Source: Eledone cirrhosa (lineage: Eukaryota). From it: 64,000 bases of DNA. Position 1 is the first letter of the stretch, and the number at the start of each line of letters is the position of its first letter. This document shows positions 11,601-25,716 of the stretch, piece after piece. Where the stretch lies: positions 151,342,001-151,406,000 of the forward strand of contig OZ024743.1 of NCBI GenBank assembly GCA_964016885.1, in the 5' to 3' direction. The translations under genes were made by a program, and so were the position numbers. The notes below the pieces were generated by a model. That model saw nothing but the letters and a program-made list of their open reading frames with translations. It ran no database searches and was not told the origin of the DNA.

Positions 11601-14363
11601 CTAGGCATTAAATAATATGGTTCATCAAATATAGTAGATAGGGTTTTTTACCTACATGACTGACATAAATGTTGATGGTGAAACTAATTATAATCTAATG
11701 GTTAAATAATACCACTGATAAAAAAAAGAATTCTTGTGTCAGAATGGTGTTATCACTTGGCTACATAAAAAAGTAAAGATAGATATTAACAGCTAGAAGA
11801 ATGAAGTAAAAATGGCTTGCTGGGTTCATGTGTGTCTAAAACACAGATTATATCAGGATGAGCTGCAAAAGTGTTATCAGAAGTCATAGGAAATGTTAAG
11901 TAATTGTGGTGACTCAGATTTAAAGTTAGAAACGATGATACATATAGGTGAAGGTGCAGAAAAAAATAGTGCTAGCCAGTGTTGAAGTGGAATGAATTTT
12001 CTAAATTTATGCTATTATCCTACTTGAGTTATTTCCCTTAGCTCACGTTTTGTAGATGGAATGAGTCTATAGACATTTTAATGAAATTGCATTAATACAA
12101 GCAGCTAAATAGCAACATCCTCTAAAAGTGCAATAAAGAAATTATTCAACAACCTCTTTCTTTCTCTTTCTTACACACACAAGTTAAAAATATCTTGACT
12201 TAGCATTTGCCTGTAGTGTAACAGACTATAAAATTTCATATTATATATTTTCGGGACATCTGTTCCCAATGCTCTCCCATCTATTGAATAAACAGCTTAA
12301 CTTCATAAGGATTCTTAAATAATTGAAACCTTATAAATAGATATTGTACTAAAAACTAATTATTTCTGACTACTAAAAGACTTTCAGATTATATTAAGAA
12401 TCATTTCAAGACAGCAAAGACTGCAAACCATAAAATTTAAAAACATTTAGTAAATTACATTTCTAAATGGTTTACAATTTACAAACTTCTCTAATCTTAA
12501 TCTAGTGTGTCAAAAAGAGTAACTTTGATAATGATCATATTACATCTTGTCAACATGGGGCTTTCCTGAACAGATGAAATCAGATGTCAAGATATCAATA
12601 TTGATGTTATGTTTAGATATTGGGGAATGGTGTTGTAGTTTGGTTTTGAATCTTTTTCACCACTTTACCAATGAAATACTGTCATTTACAACTTAGTGAC
12701 TTCCTGTCAGTGACAGCAAAGGCCATGAGCTTTCAGAGCTTACCAACGATATAAAAAAAGACCTCACCATCTGCTGTCTTAAACAAAATATTGGATAATG
12801 TAGTCCTACAAATACTGTCTAAAAAAGTTGGAATTGTTATGGCTGGAATGCTTTTAAACACAGTTCTGCTAGATCAAGTCTAACACAGGTTTAAATAAAA
12901 ACAACAAGTTCATATTTGATATATTATACATCCACTACAATTATGATTATTGACAAAACAACCAGCTTTCTGACTGATTCTTAATTCAAAATCTTTGTTC
13001 TCCTATCCTACTGTATTGTATTTGAAATGATATTGCCCCTCAGCCTTCTGATCTGAGATGGCCTCCATGCATTAGAAGCAAAACTCCTCCTCTTTGGTCT
13101 CTTTGGATGTAAGATAAAAATTGTATCAGTTCACGAAAAGTAAGAATACTGATGACTTAATGAAAAACTTTGATCATTATCAGAGTTATTACTGGAAAGT
13201 AATTAATTGTTGTATTCTAAGACCACAAATCTTTAAATCAGACTATATTAAAGGCTTTATACATGTTCAGAGCTTTTGTGCCTCACTCTCATACTCTTTA
13301 CAATGTCTACTTCTTGTATGGAGAGTGAAACTCATTCTAAATCTCATTAATTTAATATACCTTTATTTATTACATCCACATCCAGAAGGAATTATTTCAT
13401 TTTGGTAGAAGCAAGTATTGTATTTAGCAAATAAATTCAGGGTGCCTCAACAGTTAATTACTAATAATGCACAATATAGTGTATTCCTATCTACAGGTGG
13501 TACTGTGATTTTTTGCTCTCTGAGACTAATTAGTACTTTGGTAATTACCATGTTAACCATTAGGCTTTTATAAATTTATCTAGAGCTCTTCAACAGATTC
13601 TACAAAGAGAGCCAAGCCATCAGCATATAAAATCTCACAAGGAGATCAAATCAGAACATATATTATAAACTCAATAATTATAATGAACAGAAGGTAGAGA
13701 GGACATAGTCAAAGATCTACCTGCATCCCAAATTCTCCACAGAATTTGCTGTATATCCTAATGTTAATTACAGTACATTGCTTAAACAGCTCTCACAAGT
13801 AATTTATCAACACTTAGCTTCCTCAGTAACCATTAGATTAAAGATCATAGGGATAGATTGATTACATTTATTAGAGACAACACGTGTGCTTCTGCATTTT
13901 AGGAGATCTTAAGAGAATGAATAGTTAACTATCAGTTAAGAAATAACTGACTTAAAAGCTGCATAAGATGAAGGGAATCATTTCAAATTCCTTACGAAGC
14001 AACTTTCAAAGTTTCAATTTAAGTAAACATATATTTAGGAATTTTACAGAAATCAATTACTTGGGGGAAACATCCATATCCTATGTATTAAATAATGAAA
14101 ATTAGTAACATGTAAAACTTAATTAAATAAACTATTTTTTCTTTCTTATAAACCATTTCTTTGAATAGATGAACAAATTTTAAAATAAAGAAGCAATTTA
14201 TATTCCTTATGTCACTGATAAGCCAACTTGCCTATACACTTCTCTCTAATTAAATGTATTATCTCAGAACATATTGGTTGATCTTTACTGACAGGAGTGG
14301 TTAAATTAAAGTTGTTTTTCTAACATTATCTTTTACACTAAGATTAACTTAAAATACAATCTT

Positions 14364-14557
14364 TTAACCCTTTTGATACAAACTCATCTTAAAACCTTCT
14401 ATCAAATTTTTAGCTGAGAAATTTTAAAGTAATGTTTCAAACGTCAGCTTACTTAATATGAAAAATTTAGCTATTTTATTAAATTCTTCAAATTTTTAAA
14501 ATTAATTGATACACATAAGCAGTGATTTCATTAGAAATACAGTAAGAAAAGGGTTAA
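14364..14557. mobile_element. piggyBac-like MITE, family B
   Basis: ttaacccttttgatac...gtaagaaaagggttaa; reverse-complement homolog at 22542-22770. Confidence 0.7.
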
Positions 14558-17500
14558 GCAACTCTAAACCAATAAAGCTGTGTCAATCATATAACTATTC
14601 CTTCCACAACAAATGAAACTTCCAACTGCAATGTATTTCCAAATAAAGCCATAACAAATTCCACAGGCTTTCCTAAAATTAATGCTCACTTCTTTCAACA
14701 CTTACTCTTTAATTAGAAAACTCATGCTAGTGTGGAAAAATAGACGTTAAACGGTGGTGATGATGATGAATAGGAGTAGTTGCTAACATTTCATTTGGGT
14801 AGTGACATAGTTCCAGTTTTCTTAAATAAAAAAAGTGTACAGCAGCAGTAGCACACACACATCCTTAATGGAGAGTTATGAACAAGACTTTGTTACTTCA
14901 AAGCAGAAGTGAAAATAAATGAACTATTCATTGCTTGGTATCTAGGTTCAGCTAAATAAAGACTGTTAGTTTAATGGTTTTCAACTGAAACAAATCCTAT
15001 ATATATATGACTTACCACCTTGTTGAAATATGTTTATAAAGAATTGAAAGTACTGTTTATCTTTACAAATATCCCCAGATATCAGTTGAATCAGATTTAT
15101 ACAAAATGTGCAAGTGCTTGGCTAGTTTCTTTTATCAGGAATTGAAATAAAATTAAAAATAAAAATAAAAGGAAATGTCATTATGATAGAAACATTTTTG
15201 TACTTTCAACTATAAGATTATTCCATCTATCCAGAACTAAAAGAGAACATATATGAACAAATGTCAAATTCATATAATTTCAGAAGCATGAATATGTTAT
15301 CAAAATTTTGATGTGTTGTCCAAATACTAAATAACTTACTTTACAGCAAGTCAAAAAGAAAATCTCCATGTGTTGCATGGGAACAACACTTTTCTTTGAT
15401 AATTTTTAACAAGAAAACATTTCTTTAGCTTATCATGTGTGCCGAAAACCACAAGGGAATCATGGTTGGAAATTATAGACTGAAGACTGGATATCAGTGT
15501 GGAAGAAAATCAGGAAAAAATGTACAATATCTATGTGACATGCCTGATGGTTAGCTATACAAAACTACATTTACACACAGCTGTTGATTTTCCAAAATTT
15601 CATATTAAGACAAGATTGTTCTGTTCAACTATAAATTTAAAATATAGATAGTAGATTGAGAAACATCTGAATTTAGAAAAGTTATTCCCAAAGTAACACT
15701 ACAAGTAAATATATTAGGTTTTATAAAAATTCTTAAGATTCCATATTGTAAAATATATTAACATTTTTCTCATAAAACAATGAGCATCTTCAGATTTTCT
15801 TCAAATTTTCACTTCTTATTGGTATCCATGAGAGAAGTAATTCCTGAAAATATTTGCTCCATAGCGCTTATCAATCAGATTTTATGGCCATTTAAAGATT
15901 TGGGCAGTTTTGAAAATATTGAATTCATTTGATTTTTAGAGTACTAGTACTTGAAGAGGTTTTTATCACATGCCTATGGAACTTGATTTCCTTAATCTCC
16001 ACCATCTAATCTAACATTCCCCCATACAAAAAAAAAAAAAAAAAAAAAAAAATTACTTTAAGCTGGCTGTTTTAAAGAAAATGTTGATTGAAAATTTATT
16101 TAACAAAAAAAAAACAAAGTTTAGGTGGCTGTTACTGAATAGCAACAACTATTGAGCACCCCATTTTCTCTAATCATGCAGACTGGCTTAAAATCTTGAC
16201 AGAGCACTTGAATTCAGTTAGCCAAACACTTGATTTTCAATGTATCAAGGGGGTAAAAGTGGAAAAGTGCAAAAATGCATATTTTTTTGAATTTTTGACT
16301 CATGACTCCTTATCATAAAGTTGAAACCATATAAAACTATACATATTCTGAAAGGGCACCTAGAGCCGAGTCCAGAAAAATAGACAAAGTATTTTAAACT
16401 GATGTAAGAATCTATTTGTGTCATCTAAAAATGGTTTGAAATGGAAATTTCTGCTTTAGGGGATAGTTCAAAGCCCTAAAAATCAATGTGCGACAATTTG
16501 GAAATCTTTTAAACTTCGATAATAGGATATTCGGATTTAAATAGTGCATAAATTAGGACATTGACCTCTTGACAACACAAATGAGGCTTCATACTTCTGC
16601 AATACGTTACACATTCAGGGAAGGGGGTTGAAAAGCTGAAAAAAATTCTTCAAGGTGCTTATTGATGGGTAGTTGAGCCAAAGTAGTTTCCCAAAGTGCA
16701 CTTCCATTCCAAAGATCGAAAAAATTGAATGCACTAGAAATGAGTACAAAATAAGATAAAATCAAAAACAAATGGCACCAAAAGCTATTCACAAACACTA
16801 TGTATCATCAAACTTTGTACTAAATCACATGCCACTATGTTTAACAAATAGAAATAATGAATAACAAAGAAATAGATACACATAAAACTGTTTGACCTGA
16901 GGCTAAACTACATTTTAACTTTAATTTGCATTAATCTCAAGTAATATTAATTAGCATTTCAATATTCATTGATTAACCAATCCACATTAGCAATATAGCC
17001 TAAAATATAAAATATTAAAACAATATCTATCATATTCCCAGTATGTCAAAACATCTTTATTTTGGTAAGAGTTACTATAACAGGCTAATGATTACATTTA
17101 CTCTTATTTCAAACATGAGCAGAATCAATGAAAACAGCTTCCTTTTTTTTTCATATAAGAAATTGCTAAATTCACACTTTGTTTTCTATTTAGTAAGACT
17201 ATCATTTTTCTCTTACATGAAATCTAGAAAACTATCATTAATCTTAATATATTCCAATATTTTTAAAACAGCAGGGCATCCATAACACATTACGCCTTGT
17301 GTAATCAATACTATCATAGAGAGAGAGCGAGTAAAAAAAATGACATGTTTAATATTAGAAAAAATATCTCAGCTCATTAGTCTTTAAAACGTTATCGTGA
17401 ACATCATATAAACAAATGCAATAGAAAAAACATCTATATAATTACCCATTATGTGAAAGCCTACATAAACAATAAATCATAAACTAAATGTGATAACATT

Positions 17501-20500
17501 AATTGTTTCAGCTTATGCTCTACATTTCCACTTAATTTCACAAGCTGGGCAAACATTTCAGAATAAGAAAAACATTCCAATTAATTTTGTTTTAAAAAAA
17601 ATCTGAATTTATAATGGGAAATGAAAACTGGTTTTATTCACAGAACTTGGGACTTCTTTAATCCACTAAATTGAATTGCAATGATAAAATTACTATGACC
17701 TGTAATATAGGATAATTGAATGTATTATATATCACAGTAATAGACTAGATTTACAAGTTGTCTTCTTACTAGATAGAATACTACAGATCAATTTATTTAG
17801 TGTTTTTATTACCCAAGTATTTTCATCAATATCTTTTTTCATACATGTTCTTTGGCAATGACTGAAACAGAAAAAAATCTTTATTGCAAAATTCCTACCC
17901 ACTACCAATTTTTATGGTGTTTAAGTTTGTATCAGTGCTATTGAGTAAAAAGTTACACTAAGCTACTTTAATGAATGAGTAAGAGATGTATGTATTATGT
18001 TCTTATTTTCTTGCAGTTTCCACTCTAGTGCTTTGTTTATAATATAAATCCTAATATGACCACATGGAAAATATATGTAAAAATATGGTAGTGAATCAAC
18101 ATTTCAGTAGCTTCAGTTATGCTCTCCTGACATCTAACCACTTTTTATTTTATTGCTTCAATTTAGGTTAAATTTTCTTCCACCCTTGTGTACAGTTGTT
18201 ATATCTCACTCTTTTTAAGTCTGTAAATAAATTAATGGTATGGGATGTTATCAATATATTTTAATAATGTTTGTAGCATAACATTAGAAGATCCATTGCA
18301 TTTTTCAGCCAAACTCTTGCAGTAAGGCAGAGACATTTGCTTTTTGCCTCATATTTACTAAGTAAATGCCAGTACTATACCATATAGTTGCTGTTTAACT
18401 GTTTCAATTGGCTATAATTGAATAGACATATGATCAAAGGTACTTCAGCCATGATCCTCAAGGCTTTTTTAAAAGTATAAACTACTTTTGACGACACTAT
18501 TTGATATTTTTTGCTTTTAAGATAATAAAATGTAATTTGAGGGAAATTTGGCAGCTATTTTCAGCAGGTATAAGATGGTGTATGGTGGTTAATTCTAATT
18601 CTGTAACTGGCAGCTTTCTGGTTCATAAGCTTCATTGGTGCAGATGGATTTGCAAATTTGAAAGATTATGATGCTTTTCTTGACAAACAAGTAAGGCAGA
18701 GTCTAGTGGATATTGTAACATTCTTTTCTCTGCATCAAAGAATGATAGTAGGTTTATGTTATTTTTTTTCTCTCAAAGATGATTATATAGAATTATATAA
18801 AGAGTTGATTATATAAAGAGTTATGACTCCAGTAGGATTTACACATCGTTTTAATTCTACAAGGGATCGAAAATATAACATTTTTTAAACCAAACTGATT
18901 TTAATGGTGCTATTCTGAAAAATCTCATTCTTAAAGTTTTCAATATTGATTTCTACATTTACAGGTGACAACAATTTCCTTGCAACTTATGTTATATAAA
19001 ATCTATCTGCAAGTGAACCATTTTCATGCACAGTCAATATTTGCATTATCTTATCAAAGAGTACTTTTGCTTTTCTTGCAAAATTTCAGTATTTTCTTAT
19101 TTTTGTTCAAACAAGACAAGTGATATCAATTGAATCCTATAGGTGTGGTACAATGGATAAGAGTGTTGAAACATGAGTTATGATATAGATTAGGGAGATA
19201 GATATTAACCCAAGAGTGTGTGTAAAAACATGGCATCTAAAAATGATCAGAGTAATGATAAGAATCCAATATATGGAAATGAAAAGCCAAGTAAGAAAAG
19301 TGCAGCTTAACCCTCCAATCAAACTTACTTAAAAAAGATTTCTGCTAAATATAGTTTTCTTATCTTCTATAAAATTATAGCAATGTTCCAATATTTGTAA
19401 TTGTTAAATATAATGATACTGCTTACTAACATAGGCACACAGAGAGGATACAGTCAATTAACTTTACACAAATCACTCAGACTTATTTTATTGAAGCTGA
19501 AAAGATGTAAGGCAGAACCAACATTTGTAGGATTTGAACTCAGATTGTAAAAAAGATACTACTATATACGACAAGGTATTTTAGTCATCAATCTAGCGAT
19601 GCTGGAAATCTTATCAAAAGAACTTTTAGAGAATATGGAGAAATATGAAGACTTGGAAAACTAATAGTTTATATGGAAAAGATCATTCTTTGCATGTAAA
19701 TATTCTATGGTTGTTTAGACATCTGAAATTAGATTGTCAAATCAGCATACTACCAATTACCAAAAACAGGAAAGACTCACAAGTTATAACCAACAACTAC
19801 TTCACTGCATGATATACTGCTACCAAAATATATTTGAATGGAAGAGTTCTATCTATTATAGTAATTTCATTTCCTATTTGTCATTCAGATCTCCAATACA
19901 AACTCTTTGCCTTTTTTTACTAATATCATTGTTATTAGTTTTCAATATCTTGATACCTACTTCTAAAGGCTCTCATGGTAAACAATTTCCTCTGAAAACT
20001 GTATCCTTTACAAATGCCTTTGTATTGATACCTACCCACTTAAAGTTATACAATAATAATAATAATAGTGATAATAATACTTAGATCTTTTGAAATATTG
20101 CTTAGAGTTATAAATATATAGAGACATAGTGAAATGAGAGACAGATAGAGAGAGAGAGAGAGAGAGTTAAAAATCTATAGATATAAAGAGGGGGTATGTG
20201 TTTGCATGTGTAAATGCAACATTTATGATGGTTTCTTAAGTCAATGCTGTCTCATGAATCTTTGCATGTGGCTTTACGTATGTATGTTTGATGTGTAGTT
20301 TTTCATTTTATTATGTGAAAGATGGCATAACATTTATGGACTTACTGCCACTGCTATAAAAGAATGACAATAAATGTCAAACCCATTTATACATACATTG
20401 CTGCTGAGAGAGAGAAAGAGAGAGGCACATTTACACACGCATGTGTCTAGTGTGTATATATTTGCTTCAAAATGCATTTTTGATGTATTTTGAAAAATAT

Positions 20501-21235
20501 TATATATACATAGGATTTATACATATGTGTTGAACACAACACATTCTGATTGATCTATATTACCACAAAGTGCTCAATAAATAGTTAATAAGTTAAGGTA
20601 TTTAGAACTGTGACATTAGTCCACATGATAAATATGGAACAGTTTTAAACAACTGATAAAATCACATCAAACAAATTCATGTGAAAATACCTAGTTTACA
20701 TTAGGACAGGTCTTATTTCTGAAAACTGAACTCACATCATCTTATATTTACCTTCTATACTAGAAAAGATTAGATGGATGCTATGGTCCAAACCAATTCT
20801 TGTTTGATATCAATGTCCTCCTAGATTAGTCAAAATATCACATCTCATCTATAGCATGGTTTCTATGGCAAGATGCCCTTCCTAACACCAACCATTTTGC
20901 AAAGTGAGCAGAGTATATTTTATTAAGGCACTAACACTAGACAACATGTCATGCTTTCGACAGGACTAAATGCTCATTTTCCAACCACTTTATAGAGTGT
21001 ATTGTAAGCATTTTATTATGGTACTAACAATTGTCCGCAACAAGGCAAATAAGTCCTCACCACTCAATATAGTCTCCATTCATTTAAGGCAGGGTCAATA
21101 AAATAAAGCACTAGAAATACACAGGGCTTGATTCAATAGACTTTCCCCTCCCCCTAAATTGCTGGCCTTGTGCCTATAGTAAAAATTATTTTCATCAATA
21201 CAAGAGAGCTTTACCATATTTATTCCTGCTTTCTG

Positions 21236-21375
21236 CCTTCTGAGTTGAAATCCTGCTGAGATCAACTTTGCTTTTCATCTTTCTGGGGTCGATAAAATAA
21301 ATACCATTCAAGTACTGGGATCAATATCTTCCCCCAAATTGCTGGCCTTGTGCCAATATTAGAAAGAATTATTTT
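21236..21375 (+). mobile_element. CORE-type SINE fragment
   Basis: tgagttgaaatcc (B-box-like) then actttgcttttcatctttctggggtcgataaaataa (CORE-like) and gctggccttgtgcc tail; other fragments at 19430-19545 (rc), 21085-21190 and 25960-26030. Confidence 0.75.
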
Positions 21376-22541
21376 CAACATGCTCACATAATTCATTATA
21401 TCTTTGCTACCTCTTTCTCTTTCTATCTCAATATATTTACACTTTTTTCTCAATCCAAATTTGCCTCTACCTCTTCATTCACCAACATATTTCCACATAC
21501 ACAGCCTTTAATATGATACATCAATTTCTTTTTCTTTCTCACACTGTTTCCCTCTCTATCATAGAAGTCACTCTTTCTTCTTTCCTCCTCTCTTACTTAT
21601 ATTTTTTTCTTCATTCATTCAATGTTTCATCCTTCCCTATATTTCCTTGTCACATCACATGAATCTCTCTCACACAAGCTGATAACTGTTGGCTATTTCT
21701 CTATCTGTATGAATAAGACATCCAATGATGATTGAAATCAAACTACTCAGAAAGTAGTTTAGATGTTTGAGATTAGTAGTCTAAAAAAATTGCAATCTTT
21801 TTAATGAGAGTAATTAGAAATCCATTTTGGTAAGAAACAATTTTAGAAGTTAGGCTCTTGAGTCATGACAATCCTTTATATTCCAGAAACCTGGATTGTG
21901 TAGTATCAGTGTCTAAAAATCTTTGAATGGTTTCACCAAGAATGTATCAGCATTAATCTAAATATCACATATAGATTATAACTAATTGAATGTTAGTATT
22001 CTTTAGTGTGTCAATGTAAGCAGTAGTAAATGTAACATTGTACAAAATTAACAGCAGTAGGTGGATCATTTAGGAGAGATGGTGAATATTAAACTGCTAG
22101 AGCACATTTTTCAGTTACAAATTGAAAGCACTGTTGGTGCCAAAAATTGATTTAAGAAACTTAAACAAAAGAAAATCCAGCTGAACATTAAGACCCTTCA
22201 GTAGTGTTTACAAGAACGAAAACAAATGAGATAATATGGTTGTGTTGAAAACAGAATATTAAACATGAAATAATAAATAAATAAAGCTGAAAATAGTGAA
22301 AAATAGGAAAAAGATCTTGGATGGGAAACTGAACACGGATTTAGATATGAAGCTGATAGCATTTTAATTAAGGATGGTTGTATTTAAAAGCAGGAATTTT
22401 TTTTTTTTTTTTCATTACTGTTTGGCAGTAATCTATTTAATATAACCTTAATCAGCATGCTTAATGTATTGAATAAGTTGAAGTAAATTTGAGCAGAGTA
22501 AAATGAATGAATATATTGACTATTATGAAAAGGCATAGCCA

Positions 22542-22770
22542 TTAACCCTTTCATTACCATATTTATAATGAAATACACTGTATTTGAATTAATTAGTAGT
22601 GAAGAATGTGGAGGGGGTTACTAAAATAATTATTACATTTGAAAGATACTTTAAGAAATTTAAGTTCTCTTATCAAATTATGTTGGAAGATTTTAATTTA
22701 AATTGGAACCTTTTAAGATGGGCTGTTCTGTTTGATAAAACCAAAGGCATGCTGGTATCAAAAGGGCTAA
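22542..22770. mobile_element. piggyBac-like MITE, family B
   Basis: ttaaccctttcattacc...ggtatcaaaagggctaa; homologous to 14364-14557 in opposite orientation. Confidence 0.7.
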
Positions 22771-24777
22771 ATAGCTGAAGGAATGTTATAGGTAGTATTT
22801 TTCATATATGAATGGTTACTCTCAATAATATCATGTGATTTTACATTGTTTATATTGTGTAACAGCTAATGAATGATATAATGTAAACCTCTTTTGTTTG
22901 GTATGACAAAGAGTGGTAAACAATCATTTATGAAGAAAAGAGAAAAGAGAAATTGAGTGCTGGTGCTTAGCTTATTGTAATGTAAAATGGATGAGGGATA
23001 AATCTTCTGTATAAGACATCAGCTTATGAGTAACACTCGTATATAATTTGGTTTCTCTTCTTTACATTTACAGTTAAGTGAAATAAAACAATATACTCTG
23101 TCCAGAAAGATAAACAAACGGGACTAGTGGATGTGAATATGACCAATCCTTTACCCACTCATCCATCTTGTCTTTACAATTACTATTTACCCAATACATC
23201 AAATGCTATTTCAAAATCAATTTTCTAAAAGAAGCCAACCAGAAAATAAAAGGTGTGCTTTAATATTTATATCAGTGTAAATAACAGCAAATATGCCAAA
23301 GACCACTCATTTAAACTGTACATTACACTGTATGTGTGTATCTGCATTATTGATGCGTTTTCTGGTGTAGGGAACTTTAACCTATTTCCTAATGGAGTTT
23401 GTTGCATTGAGGTTGATAAAACTTTCAACAAAGTAGTTTCCCATTTATTTATTTCTATTGAAGAAGCTTCATTAGGTCTGTGTTTCTTAGTTCCCAGGGG
23501 AGTCATTCAGTTGTCCACTTTTTCCATGTTTATAAAACACTCCAGGCATCAATATGTATTAGTAACTCAACTGTTGGACTAGATTGTACAAGATATATAA
23601 TCCATAACGTAATCTATGGTAGTTTATATTTCAATGAATTCATAGGACGGGGTAAAACAAATCAATTTCATAGGGCTCTTTTTTAAATATTATTTTAGTT
23701 GGAAGGGGAAGGATTTTCTAGATGGGTCGCCTTGAATGAACTTATATCATGATGCTTGTAAGGAATATATTTTCAGATGAAGAAATATTGAGCAAAGTTT
23801 TTATTTAGTGCAGGGTTTGTTGGAGTAAAACAACCTAGACATGGCAGGACAAGAACAGACAGGTGTATTAGATGGAATGAGCAGAAGTAGTACTCAAGTT
23901 TGCTATTTTAAAGTCAGAAACCATTGTTAAAAAAAATAGAATATGTAGAAAGAAGAAATAATAGATTTATTGGATAGTGGTTGAATGAGTTTTTACCAAT
24001 ATCCACTTTCTGGATGTTATCATGGGTGTTTGTGGTTGTAACAGCAACATAACATACATATAAGAACAATCTTCTCATCTACATTATAAATTATCATTGT
24101 AGAGGGTCAATAACTGATCAAGGGTGAATGTTTTCTGAACCTGGAAAAGAAGACGAGTCTTTGGGATAAGATTTTTCATTTTTGGCCATATAATAAATGT
24201 GCTGTAACTATAAGAAATCCTTCAAGAATGTGGGGGGAGAGAGCTATCATTTGAAATGACTGAGGGTTTATTGATCCTGAGTTTACATATAACAAACATA
24301 TATGTCTCATTATAGGTATTCTAAAGCTGTGCTACACAAATTTATATATACATATCATCTTTTTAACGCCTGCTTTCCCTGCAAGCAAGAGTTGGACAAG
24401 TCTATATAGACCAAGTCAGTACTGAAGCGAAGCCACTGATCTCCCAAGCAGGTCAGGGATCTGTGTTTTGCTTCATGCATGATCGACACTCCACTGGGTG
24501 TACAGGAGAGATTGGCATGTCTTTGACACAGCTGAAGGTCCTCCCGGCTCTTTTGTTTGGAAAGATTTCTACAGTTGAATGCCCTTCATATCACCAGCCA
24601 CTTTACAGTATGTACTGAATGCATTTATCATGTAAGTCACCAAACACTAGGGAGGCTGTTATGTCCTTGACATGGCTGAAGGGTCCTGAATATTTTCATA
24701 TTACCTACTCTACTACCCCAAGTATCGAGTTCTCTGGTGGGTTATGGTCTATCTGGGTTTTTACCACACCCTATCTG

Positions 24778-24811
<34 letters not shown>

Positions 24812-25649
24812 TAGTTAGGTGTATATATAACAATTACAGTTTTGTGCTGTTGAATAAGTTTAGGTTATCCTGTTATAATAAGATGTTTTCAAAGTTTCTG
24901 TTCATAGAAGCAGATCAAGTTTGGCATCAGGTTTCTATGTTGTATATGGATGACATTTGTGTTTGAAGGTTTAAGGAGGATTGAAGAATACACACAATTG
25001 CATGTGGTAAAGATTAGCAATAAGCATATCATTAATATACAGAAGGAAGACTGTTGGAATCATAACCAAAGTTAAGAAAATATATATCTGAGAAGTCCCA
25101 CTCAACACACACTGCAACAAAGTGTTCTGACAGTTAACATCTGATCAAAGATACGAGAGATTGAGAAAGAACAACTTAGCAACAAGGTTCTCATGTTAGA
25201 TTTGTTTGAAAGTTTTACTTATGTCAAGGGCAAACCACACTGGCCTTTGTTGAAGTTCTTGAAGTTGAAAAAGCATTAATCAGTGATACATTAGAGCAAG
25301 CCTAAGAACTATGACTTTACAGAAACCATACATTTCACCAGTGAGTAAAATAAAATAGAGACTGTTTATCATTTAACAAGAAGTGTAGTGCATCATTTTA
25401 GTTTATTTCAGTTTGGATTTATTATATTGTTTATGTCATTATGTAAATTTCTAATTTTATCTTCAAAAGAATACTTTTACATTCCACATAAATATTTAAT
25501 GAGAATTCTTTGTGCTATCTATTACTTAGAGCATTGGAAAATAATACTAATATTTTAAGGTTAATATCAAATTTAATATTGGAATTTTCCCAAACTAGTC
25601 ATAAATTGAACATTTTAACTCAACACTAGGGTTCTAAACAACTCACTAA

Positions 25650-25716
25650 TAAAAAATAAAAAAAATAAAAAAAATAAAAAAAATAAAAAAAATAAAAAAA
25701 ATAAAAAAAATAAAAA
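25650..25716. repeat. (A8T)n tandem repeat
   Basis: T at 25657, 25666, 25675, 25684, 25693, 25702 and 25711 gives a 9-bp period. Confidence 0.9.

Noticed and set aside
15016-15121. Minus-strand open segment ending at a strong GTAAGT donor
   Set aside because: Poor acceptor context and unrecognisable peptide
16245-16650. Possible DNA-transposon terminal region (catattctgaaagg motif)
   Set aside because: No matching second terminus or TSD found
23250-24300. Possible very old Penelope-like relic on the minus strand
   Set aside because: Too decayed; no diagnostic motif could be read with confidence
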